Below, piece after piece: positions 44,710 through 52,425 of a DNA stretch of 55,875 nt. The stretch's first letter is position 1. The number at the start of each line of letters is the position of its first letter. Origin of the DNA: Gemmatimonadales bacterium (lineage in GTDB: Bacteria; Gemmatimonadota; Gemmatimonadetes; Gemmatimonadales; GWC2-71-9); NCBI GenBank assembly GCA_035519195.1, contig DATIWU010000010.1:1-55875 (forward strand), in the 5' to 3' direction. A program made the position numbers and the translations under genes. The notes beneath the pieces were generated by a model. The model made no database searches, was not told the DNA's origin, and saw nothing but the letters and a program-made list of their open reading frames with translations.

Positions 44710-45959
44710 GGCTTCCCGAATGGGAACGGGTTGCTGTACGTGAGTCGCAGCAGCGGCCGGTGCGCCGGATCGCGCGACGAGTAGAACCGGATTTCGGCGA
44801 AATTCCCGCCTTCGCCGGTCTGGCGCAATACCATTGTGTTTGGCGCCAGCGAGTCACCGATCCAGAATCGCATGAGTCGCGTCACCTCGACCTTGACCGT
44901 ATCCGTCATGCCGATTTGCACGCCGGTCGTGTCGACGTGGTTCAGATCGATCGGCGACTTGGCGCCGAAGTCCGTGACTGTCGCATGCGCCGCGATCCCG
45001 AACGAATCGGCCTTGATTCCCTGGGGAGCAACCGCCGGCACCAGCTCGAGCGTCGCCCGGATCAGGCGCGACGAATCCGAGATGATCCGCGGGAACACGA
45101 CTCGCAGAATCGAGCGTGCCGAGGGCACGCCGCCAACCGTGAGATTGCCGTCGAGCGCCGGAGCGGGCGGATCGTACACGAAACCATCGAAGGCGGGCGA
45201 CCGCGTTTGCAGGCGGTGCGCGGTGGCGCGTCCGAGCGAATCGACGCGCAGGTACCAGGAAAGCAACGGACCCGTGCCTACGTTCTCCGAAGAACCGATC
45301 GCGATGCTCGCCAGCGTGTCGGCGGCCACGCGAATGCCGAGCGCGACAGCGCCGGAATCCGGGGTGTCAATCGGCAGATCGGCGGAGTCGAGTCGCATGA
45401 GCAGGATGATGCGCTGATTCAGCGAGTCGACGAGCACGCTGTCGCCCGTCGCGTTGCGCCGGCCCGGGAGCGCGATCAGGCTGTCGACATTGACGCTCCT
45501 GATCAGCGAATCCGTAAACGGGCCTACCAGCTGAGCGAACGTCGTGTTGGAGTCGATCGATAGCGGCATCTTGTAGAGCGAGATCGCGAGATGATGCGCG
45601 GCCGTATCGCGGCGCAGAATGGCCAGGCGGAGATAGATCGAGTCGATCCCAATGACGGGGCTCGTCGTGGTATCAGTCGACAGCGGCAGCCGCAACAGCA
45701 GCTTTGTCGTGCGGAAGATCGGTCGACTGTCGCGGAGCCCGGGCAGCGCCTCGGCGAGCAGCGTGAGCGAGTTGAAGGGATTGACATATCCGATCGGCCG
45801 TCCGAAGGCGGAATCGTTGTAGACCGCCATCGGCAGCACGGTATCGACCACGCTGAGCGTTCCACTGGGGCAGAACGCGGGGCAGTCCCCGGGAGCGGCG
45901 ATTTTGTCGGTGCACGCCGCAAACGCGAGCGCCGCGAGCCAGGGCAGCGCTCGTCCCAT
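44706..45959 (-). CDS. Hypothetical lipoprotein
   Basis: Lipobox FAAC, then CPAFCP; C-terminal FYSS...RPLLRLTY. Confidence 0.7.
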   Translation of the reverse strand: MGRALPWLAALAFAACTDKIAAPGDCPAFCPSGTLSVVDTVLPMAVYNDSAFGRPIGYVNPFNSLTLLAEALPGLRDSRPIFRTTKLLLRLPLSTDTTTSPVIGIDSIYLRLAILRRDTAAHHLAISLYKMPLSIDSNTTFAQLVGPFTDSLIRSVNVDSLIALPGRRNATGDSVLVDSLNQRIILLMRLDSADLPIDTPDSGAVALGIRVAADTLASIAIGSSENVGTGPLLSWYLRVDSLGRATAHRLQTRSPAFDGFVYDPPAPALDGNLTVGGVPSARSILRVVFPRIISDSSRLIRATLELVPAVAPQGIKADSFGIAAHATVTDFGAKSPIDLNHVDTTGVQIGMTDTVKVEVTRLMRFWIGDSLAPNTMVLRQTGEGGNFAEIRFYSSRDPAHRPLLRLTYSNPFPFGKP

Positions 45960-45970
45960 GCCGCGGCCCC

Positions 45971-46342
45971 TCACTTCAGCGACTCGCCGGTGAAGGCGTC
46001 GGGAAGCAGGGCGCGCAGCGTCCACCGGCGCTGGCTCTCAGGACCCGCTGCCACGATCTCCATGTCGAGTCCGAACTCGGCGAGGAGCTGGCGGCACGCA
46101 CCGCAGGGCGCGGCGGGAGGCTCGACCTCCGTGGCCACCGCGACGCGCCGCAGGTCCCGTTGGCCGCCCGCGACCGCCGCGCCGAGCGCCATGCGCTCAG
46201 CGCATATCGTCAGGCCATAGGACGCGCTCTCGACGTTGGTGCCGAGGAATACGCTGCCGTCCCGGGTCTCTATGGCCGCCCCCACCCTGAACCGACTGTA
46301 GGGCGCGTAGGCTCGCTGCATCACCGTCCGGGCCTGCTGCAC
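45971..46342 (-). CDS. cdd: Cytidine deaminase (tetrameric type)
   Basis: AYAPYSRFRVGAA, ICAER, PCGACRQ, LLP..F. The true start may be CTG at 46357. Confidence 0.94.
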   Translation of the reverse strand: MQQARTVMQRAYAPYSRFRVGAAIETRDGSVFLGTNVESASYGLTICAERMALGAAVAGGQRDLRRVAVATEVEPPAAPCGACRQLLAEFGLDMEIVAAGPESQRRWTLRALLPDAFTGESLK

Positions 46343-46353
46343 CAGGTCGACGC

Positions 46354-47514
46354 TCAGTTCCAGATCTCCTGTAAGAATGACCGGCCGGCCGCAAGCGGCT
46401 CGGCCTCGAAATACTCCGCCAGCGTGGCGCCGATATCGGCAAACGTCCCTCGTTCGCCCAGCGGCGCCGGACGTGTCCCGAGCCCGAACGCCAGAATGGG
46501 AACCGCCTCCCGTGAATGATCGGTCGACGGCGACGTCGGATCATTCCCATGGTCGGCGGTGACGATCACGAGATCGCCACGGCGGACACGCTGAACGAGC
46601 CGGGGCAGCCACGCATCGAGGGCTTTGAGCCCCTCATGAAACCCCGATACGTCGTTTCGGTGCCCCCACGCCTGATCGAACTCGATCACGTTCACGAACA
46701 AGAGCCCTGAATCCATCCCGTCGAGCGCGCCCTCGATGAGATCATAGGCGGCCTGATTGGTCGGAGTATGGCGGCTCGTGATGTTTCGCCCCGCGAACAG
46801 ATCGTCGACTTTTCCCACGCCGACCCGCGTCACGCCCCGCGCCGCAAGCCGGTCGAGCAACGTGTCCGCCACCGGCGCCACGGAAAAGTCCCGGCGATTT
46901 GCCGTGCGCTGATACGCTCCCGGTGTGCCCCGGAATGGCCGGGCGATCACGCGGCCCACGCGGTGGGGCCCGTCGAGGAGCGCCCGTGCGATTTCAGCTC
47001 CCCGGTACAGCTCGGCCAGCGGAACGGTTTCCTCATGCGCCGCGATCTGAAAGACCGAATCGGCGGACGTGTAGATGATCCAGCTTCCGGTGCGCTGATG
47101 CAACGCGCCCAGCTCGGCGATGATCGCCGTCCCGGAGGCCGGGCGATTGCCCAGCACGCCACGGCCGGTCCGCCGGGTGAACTCGGCGAGCAGGTCGTCC
47201 GGAAACCCCTCCGGGTAGGTCGGAAATGGTCGCTCGAGAATGAGCCCGCAAATTTCCCAGTGCCCCGTCGTGCTGTCCTTTCCGGGAGAGCGTGGCAGCG
47301 CGACTCCATGCGCCGCGGCCGGGGCGCGACACGACATTCCCGCCAGCGGACGGCAGCACCCCAGTCCCAGCCGCTCGAGGTTCGGCAGCCGGAATCCGCC
47401 CACCGCTCGCGCCACGTTGCCGAGTGTGTCGCTCCCCGCATCGCCGTACGCCGCGGCGTCGGGGGCCGCGCCGATTCCCAATCCATCGATGACGATCAGC
47501 GCCGCGCGCTTCAA
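46354..47514 (-). CDS. deoB: Phosphopentomutase
   Basis: IVIDGLGIG, GKDSTTGHWE, YTSADSVFQI, RVIARPF, GHRND, TADHGNDP, TDHSRE. Confidence 0.96.
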   Translation of the reverse strand: MKRAALIVIDGLGIGAAPDAAAYGDAGSDTLGNVARAVGGFRLPNLERLGLGCCRPLAGMSCRAPAAAHGVALPRSPGKDSTTGHWEICGLILERPFPTYPEGFPDDLLAEFTRRTGRGVLGNRPASGTAIIAELGALHQRTGSWIIYTSADSVFQIAAHEETVPLAELYRGAEIARALLDGPHRVGRVIARPFRGTPGAYQRTANRRDFSVAPVADTLLDRLAARGVTRVGVGKVDDLFAGRNITSRHTPTNQAAYDLIEGALDGMDSGLLFVNVIEFDQAWGHRNDVSGFHEGLKALDAWLPRLVQRVRRGDLVIVTADHGNDPTSPSTDHSREAVPILAFGLGTRPAPLGERGTFADIGATLAEYFEAEPLAAGRSFLQEIWN

Positions 47515-48602
47515 TCGTACACGCGTGGCAATCTGGCCCCGAGCGAGGTGAGCGCTTCCCGCTGTAGCACGTCGGCCGCGCTGGCGTATTCATCGAGCGT
47601 GATCGGGCGCGCCGCATGAGGCTCGTCTCCCTGCCCGATCAACGTGACCGTGTCACCGACTGCAACCGGGAGATCGCCGATATCCACCATCGTCATATCC
47701 ATCGTGACCGCGCCGACAAACGGGCAGCGCCGCCCGGCCACGAGCGCGATTCCCCGGCCCGACAAGGAGCGCCGCACCCCGTCCGCGTAGCCGATTCCGA
47801 GCGTCGCGACGCGGGTGGGCACGCGCGCCGTCCAGAGTGCTCCATAACTGACGCTTTCCCCGACGCTAAGGTCGCGGAGGGCCACGATCCGCGCCCGCAG
47901 CCGCAGCACGGGCCGGGGCATTTCGAGCCCGGGCCCCGGAGAGCCGCCGTAGAGAAACACGCCGGGTCGGATCAAGTCGAGCGCATAGCGGCGGCCGCGG
48001 AGCGCGGCGGCGCTGTTCGCGACGTGCAACAGCGACGGACGCCGCGGCAGCGTTCCGACGCTCTGCAGGAACCGCTCGAGCTGCAAATCGATCGTGCTGT
48101 CGGCGCGGTCGGCGGAATAGAACTGCGTGTAGCACCCCTCGAGTGCCGGTGTCTCGAGCACAGCCCGAGCCCGCCCGATCTCATCCCACCGCAGCCCCGA
48201 CCGCCCCATCCCCGTATCGATTTCGAGGTGAAAGGGCTTCGTGCCGCGGTCGGTCCAGGCGCGAATCGCCGCCACGTCGCCCAACACGGGGGTGAGACGA
48301 AACCGATCGAAATCGTCGAATTGGGCCGGCTGCACCGGCATGAACACGACGACGGAGCGGCTGATCCCTGAGGCCCGGAGCTCGGCGCCCTCTTCGGCCG
48401 TCGCCACGCCGTAGCCCCATGGCTCGATCGACTCCAAGGCCCTAGATACAGCGACGGCTCCGACCCCGTAGGCATTAGCCTTCACCATCGGGAGGAGCCG
48501 CGTGCCGGCGATCCGTGCGGCAGTGCGGGCATTTTCCACCAGGGCGGCGAGATCGATTTCGATCCACGCGCGGCTGTACCGCCCGCTCAAGGACACGTTC
48601 AC
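47511..48602 (-). CDS. alr: Alanine racemase family PLP enzyme
   Basis: RAWIEIDL, VKANAYG, DTGMGR, NSAA, IRPG, VSYG, GYADG, MD; start approximate. Confidence 0.92.
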   Translation of the reverse strand: MNVSLSGRYSRAWIEIDLAALVENARTAARIAGTRLLPMVKANAYGVGAVAVSRALESIEPWGYGVATAEEGAELRASGISRSVVVFMPVQPAQFDDFDRFRLTPVLGDVAAIRAWTDRGTKPFHLEIDTGMGRSGLRWDEIGRARAVLETPALEGCYTQFYSADRADSTIDLQLERFLQSVGTLPRRPSLLHVANSAAALRGRRYALDLIRPGVFLYGGSPGPGLEMPRPVLRLRARIVALRDLSVGESVSYGALWTARVPTRVATLGIGYADGVRRSLSGRGIALVAGRRCPFVGAVTMDMTMVDIGDLPVAVGDTVTLIGQGDEPHAARPITLDEYASAADVLQREALTSLGARLPRVYD

Positions 48603-48635
48603 AGGCGCGGGTATGATACCCGGCCCGGAGGCTAA

Positions 48636-49400
48636 ATGCAAGGCGATTCAGCGCTTGGACGCGCACTCGGCGTCGTGCGCGACCTGCGCGCCCGCTGCCC
48701 GTGGGATCGAGTCCAGACCCGAGCGAGCTTGCGACCCTATCTCGTGGAAGAAGCGCTCGAGCTCGACCAGGCGCTCAGGCGCAATGACCCTGCCGAGCTG
48801 AAAGACGAATTGGGCGACCTGCTGCTGCACCTGGCATTTCAAATCGTAATCGCCGAAGAGCGCCACGACTTCGATGCCGAAGCGGTGACTCGCTCGCTCG
48901 AAGCCAAAATGCGGCGCCGCCATCCGCACCTGTACGGCGAAGGAGAAAAACCCCAGTCGTGGGAATTGGGGAAGCGGGAAGGCGGAAGCGGGAAGGGTAA
49001 GACCCTGCGTGGACTACCCCCGACCATGCCGCCGTTACTGATGGCCTACCGGCTTCAGGAACGGGCGGCCGGAGTGGGGTTCGACTGGCCCGACGCGCAG
49101 GGACCCATGGCGAAGGTAAAGGAAGAGATCGAAGAGATTGAACGGGAAACGGGAAGCGCGAAGCGCGAGCGGCTGGAAGACGAGATCGGCGATCTGTTGT
49201 TCTCGGTCGTAAACCTCGCGCGTAAGCTCTCGATCGATCCCCGCGCCGCGCTCGAGCGTGCCAATGACAAATTCGTGCGCCGGTTCGGCGCGGTGGAGGA
49301 GCTGGCGGAGGCCCGGGGGATACAAATGGGACGGGCGAGCCTGGATGTGCTCGATGGCCTGTGGGACGAGGTTAAGAAAGGCGGTAACGAGCGGGACTAA
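48636..49400 (+). CDS. mazG: Nucleoside triphosphate pyrophosphohydrolase MazG
   Basis: CPWDRVQT, ELGDLLL, RRHPH, GFDWP, EIGDLLFSVVNLAR. Confidence 0.95.
   Translation: MQGDSALGRALGVVRDLRARCPWDRVQTRASLRPYLVEEALELDQALRRNDPAELKDELGDLLLHLAFQIVIAEERHDFDAEAVTRSLEAKMRRRHPHLYGEGEKPQSWELGKREGGSGKGKTLRGLPPTMPPLLMAYRLQERAAGVGFDWPDAQGPMAKVKEEIEEIERETGSAKRERLEDEIGDLLFSVVNLARKLSIDPRAALERANDKFVRRFGAVEELAEARGIQMGRASLDVLDGLWDEVKKGGNERD
48968..48995 (+). repeat. Four heptamer units inside the mazG linker
   Basis: ggggaag/cgggaag/gcggaag/cgggaag; encodes GKREGGSGK. Confidence 0.75.
49143..49170 (+). repeat. Second heptamer array inside mazG
   Basis: cgggaaa/cgggaag/cgcgaag/cgcgagc; encodes RETGSAKRE. Confidence 0.6.
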
Positions 49401-49445
49401 GCAGTGCCTGCTACCGCTCAGTTCCGCTCACGACCGCCCTCTTAA
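49372..49445. terminator. Long imperfect hairpin of inverted decamer repeats between convergent mazG and asnS
   Basis: ttaagaaaggcggtaacgagcgggactaagc aligns with the reverse complement of the right arm, ttaagagggcggtcgtgagcggaactgagc. Confidence 0.6.
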
Positions 49446-50740
49446 GGCCACAGCTTGTACAGCGTCCGCGGAAACGCGATCGCCTCGCGGACATGGGGAA
49501 TGCCGCAGATCCACGCGACCGTGCGTTCGACCCCGAGTCCGAAACCCGCGTGGACGAACGTGCCGTACTTTCTGAGATCGAGATACCAGCTGTAGGACTC
49601 CACCGGCAGGCCTTCGCCCTGAATCCGTGCCAGCAGTTTGTCGTAGTCGTCTTCGCGCTGGCTCCCGCCGATGATTTCGCCGTACCCCTCCGGCGCCAGC
49701 ATGTCGTTGTTCAAGACCGTCCGCGGATCGTCCGGATTCTCCTTCATGTAGAACGCTTTGACGTGCTTGGGATAGTTATAGACGATGACGGGACGGTCGT
49801 ATTGCTGCGCCAGCAGCGTTTCGTCGTCGCCGCCCAGGTCCTCGCCCCATTGCATGTCGCTGCCCAGGGCTCTCACCCGCTCCACCGCCTCCGTATAGGA
49901 GATCCGGGGGAAGGGGGGCGTGACACGCTCGAGCGGTCCGGGATCTCGCTCGAGCTCCGCGAGCTCGGCCTTCCGCCGCTCGAGACTGCGCCCGACGATA
50001 TAGCTCACAAACTCCTCTTGCAGCTTCTGATTCGCGGCGGAATCGTTCCAGGCAACTTCGGGTTCCACCATCCAGAATTCCGTAAGGTGCCGCCGGGTTT
50101 TCGATTTCTCGGCCCGGAACGTGGGACCGAAACAATAGACCTTTCCCAGGGCGGCGGCGGCCGCCTCGACATAGAGCTGCCCGGTTTGGGCCAGATACGC
50201 GGTGCCCAGATCGAAGTACTCGGTCGCGAACAGATTTCCCGCGGCTTCGCCGATCGAACCGGTCAGAATGGGCGTGTCGACGAGCACGAAATTGCGCTCG
50301 TAAAAAAAGTCGCGAATCGCCTGGATCACTTCACTTCGCACGCGGGCGATCGCCACCTGACGCCGGCTGCGCAGCCAGAGATGCCGGTGCTCGAAGAGAA
50401 ACGCGGTGCCGTGTTCCTTCGGTGAAATCGGGAACTCGGGACTCGCCCCGAGTATCTTGAAATCGGCCGCTTGCAGCTCGACCCCTCCGGGCGCGCGCGC
50501 ATCGGCGCGGACGGTGCCCGTGACTGCGATCGACGTCTCCTGGGTCACGCGCTCGAACGCGTCCCAGGCGGCTGGCGGCAGGTCTTTCTTGGAGAGTACT
50601 GCTTGCAGGTATCCGGTTCCGTCCCGGAGCGTCACGAACGCGATCTTGCCGCTCGACCGGGTGGTCATCACCCAGGCGCGAAGCGTGATCGTTTCGCCGA
50701 CGTGCTGAGGCAACGCCTCGATGCGCAGCGCCTCGGACAT
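49442..50740 (-). CDS. asnS: Asparagine--tRNA ligase
   Basis: OB-fold N-terminus, HRHLWLRS, GPTFRAEKSKTRRHLTEFWM, GEIIGGSQRE, GFGLGVER. Confidence 0.97.
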   Translation of the reverse strand: MSEALRIEALPQHVGETITLRAWVMTTRSSGKIAFVTLRDGTGYLQAVLSKKDLPPAAWDAFERVTQETSIAVTGTVRADARAPGGVELQAADFKILGASPEFPISPKEHGTAFLFEHRHLWLRSRRQVAIARVRSEVIQAIRDFFYERNFVLVDTPILTGSIGEAAGNLFATEYFDLGTAYLAQTGQLYVEAAAAALGKVYCFGPTFRAEKSKTRRHLTEFWMVEPEVAWNDSAANQKLQEEFVSYIVGRSLERRKAELAELERDPGPLERVTPPFPRISYTEAVERVRALGSDMQWGEDLGGDDETLLAQQYDRPVIVYNYPKHVKAFYMKENPDDPRTVLNNDMLAPEGYGEIIGGSQREDDYDKLLARIQGEGLPVESYSWYLDLRKYGTFVHAGFGLGVERTVAWICGIPHVREAIAFPRTLYKLWP

Positions 50741-50749
50741 AGGGGCGGC

Positions 50750-50778
50750 ATACTAGCGGCCGTCATTTGCAGTGTCAA
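50750..50778 (-). promoter_or_regulatory. Putative sigma-70 promoter of asnS
   Basis: Minus strand TTGACA-N17-TAGTAT, ending 9 nt before the ATG. Confidence 0.65.
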
Positions 50779-50782
50779 CGCG

Positions 50783-51889
50783 ATGGCGTGCAGCGCGTAT
50801 GTGCCGCCACAGACGCGGGCGCTGCGCAACTCCACCGCCCGCCAGGAAACCCACTGGCTCGTGTACCTCGGTTCGCCGCAGCACGATCCATCGGCGGCCG
50901 AGTCGCTCTCCGCCGATCCCCGCCCCGCCTGGCAGGTCAGCGTGGGCCGCGCCGTTCGCGGAGCGCCGGCCATCACCGAAACGGTCGTCGCGGTCGGCAC
51001 GGCCGATCGGCAGGTCACGCTGCTCGACCGCGCCACGGGACAGATGCTGTGGCACACTCGGCTCAACGGCACGATCCACGGCGGCCCCCTGATCGATGGC
51101 GATCGCGTGTATGTGGCGAGCGAAGCGTCACCCAGCGGGCGCGTTTACGCGCTCGCGCTCAAGGATGGTCGGATATTGTGGAACACCGAGACGGGAGGGA
51201 TCGAGGCGGGCCTCGCGATCGAGGGCGATTCGCTCTACGCCGGGACCGAATCGGGACGCATGCTGCGCCTCGACACCCAGGAGGGCAAGGTCCAGTGGCA
51301 GCGCCAGCTCACCGGATCGATTCGGACGGACCCGGTTCCGGGACCGGCGGGCTTGGCCGTGATCACCACCGCCGATACGCTCTACCTGCTGGACGCGGCC
51401 ACCGGCAGTGTGCGCCGGCGCGTGGGGCTGCCGGGAACGGTGCTCGCTCCACCCGCGCTGAGCCAGACCGGAATTCATTTGTTTGCGGGTACGACGGCCG
51501 GGCACATCCTCGCGATCAACCTGATCGATGGGGCGTTCACCTGGGACCTGAAGGCCGGCGATGCGGTGCTGTCCGCGCCGACCCTGGTGCGTGACACGGT
51601 GTTCTGTGTCACGCGCGACGGCCATCTCTGGCTCATCCCGCGCGACCACCCGGATTCCGCGCGTGCCCTACCGCTCGGGATCGTAACGACCGCCGGCCCT
51701 ACGCCGCTCGGCGAAGGGCACGGGATTCTGGTCGCGAGCATTACTGGCGAAGTGCTGCTCGTCGAGTCGCAGCACGGGGACATTCTCTGGCGGGCGGAGC
51801 TCGACGGTCCCATCGAGCAGCCTCCCCTGGTCCGGAGCCGGGAACTGGTCGTGGTCGCGGGGCGGGGCGATATTCACGCGTACCGATGA
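50783..51889 (+). CDS. PQQ-binding-like beta-propeller repeat protein (BamB-like)
   Basis: Repeated ...ALD..TG...W blades (LDRATGQMLW, LALKDGRILW, LDTQEGKVQW). The start may be GTG 50702, which would add a lipoprotein-type signal. Confidence 0.8.
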   Translation: MACSAYVPPQTRALRNSTARQETHWLVYLGSPQHDPSAAESLSADPRPAWQVSVGRAVRGAPAITETVVAVGTADRQVTLLDRATGQMLWHTRLNGTIHGGPLIDGDRVYVASEASPSGRVYALALKDGRILWNTETGGIEAGLAIEGDSLYAGTESGRMLRLDTQEGKVQWQRQLTGSIRTDPVPGPAGLAVITTADTLYLLDAATGSVRRRVGLPGTVLAPPALSQTGIHLFAGTTAGHILAINLIDGAFTWDLKAGDAVLSAPTLVRDTVFCVTRDGHLWLIPRDHPDSARALPLGIVTTAGPTPLGEGHGILVASITGEVLLVESQHGDILWRAELDGPIEQPPLVRSRELVVVAGRGDIHAYR

Positions 51890-52380
51890 CCATGCGCGCG
51901 TTCGCAGTGCTGGCGGGAGTGTTGTGGTGTACGGCGCTCCGCGCCCAGCAGCCCGGGCTCTCCGCCGAAATCAGCCATGAGCACAAAGGCGGCTGGATCA
52001 CGCATTACGGCAAATGGGTCGCGTTCGCGTTTGCGGGGACCTTCACCGCACTCGGCGCCCATGAGCACGAGAACTCGAATCGGGTCTACGATCAGCTGGT
52101 CGACGTCTGCCGCGCGGACAACAGCGCGTGCGCAGTTGGACCCAATGGCGCCTACGTGAACCCCCTGACGGAACAGATGTACCAGGTGTCGCTGCATTAC
52201 GACTCGCGCGCGCGGCTCCGGCTCATCGCCGGCCAGGCGGGTTTGTTGCTCGCGGGAGCGCTGTTCCTGGCTGATCTGCATCACGGAGACGACCCGGAGA
52301 ACATCCCATTCCATCCCGCGGAAATATTGGTGGAGCCAAGGCCGGACGGCGCCAGACTGGGGCTGCGGATCGCCCTATAA
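51886..52380 (+). CDS. Hypothetical exported/membrane protein
   Basis: ATGA overlap with the upstream gene; signal peptide, two hydrophobic segments, a Cys pair, C-terminal RLGLRIAL strand. Confidence 0.7.
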   Translation: MTMRAFAVLAGVLWCTALRAQQPGLSAEISHEHKGGWITHYGKWVAFAFAGTFTALGAHEHENSNRVYDQLVDVCRADNSACAVGPNGAYVNPLTEQMYQVSLHYDSRARLRLIAGQAGLLLAGALFLADLHHGDDPENIPFHPAEILVEPRPDGARLGLRIAL

Positions 52381-52425
52381 CGCGGAACTCGGAAGTTGAA
52401 TGGCGGAGCAGATGTTCCTGCTCGT

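Noticed and set aside
48609..48622. gggtatgataccc palindrome with TATGAT between divergent alr and mazG
   Set aside because: Plausible -10 element, but there is no properly spaced -35 and only one instance; insufficient support.
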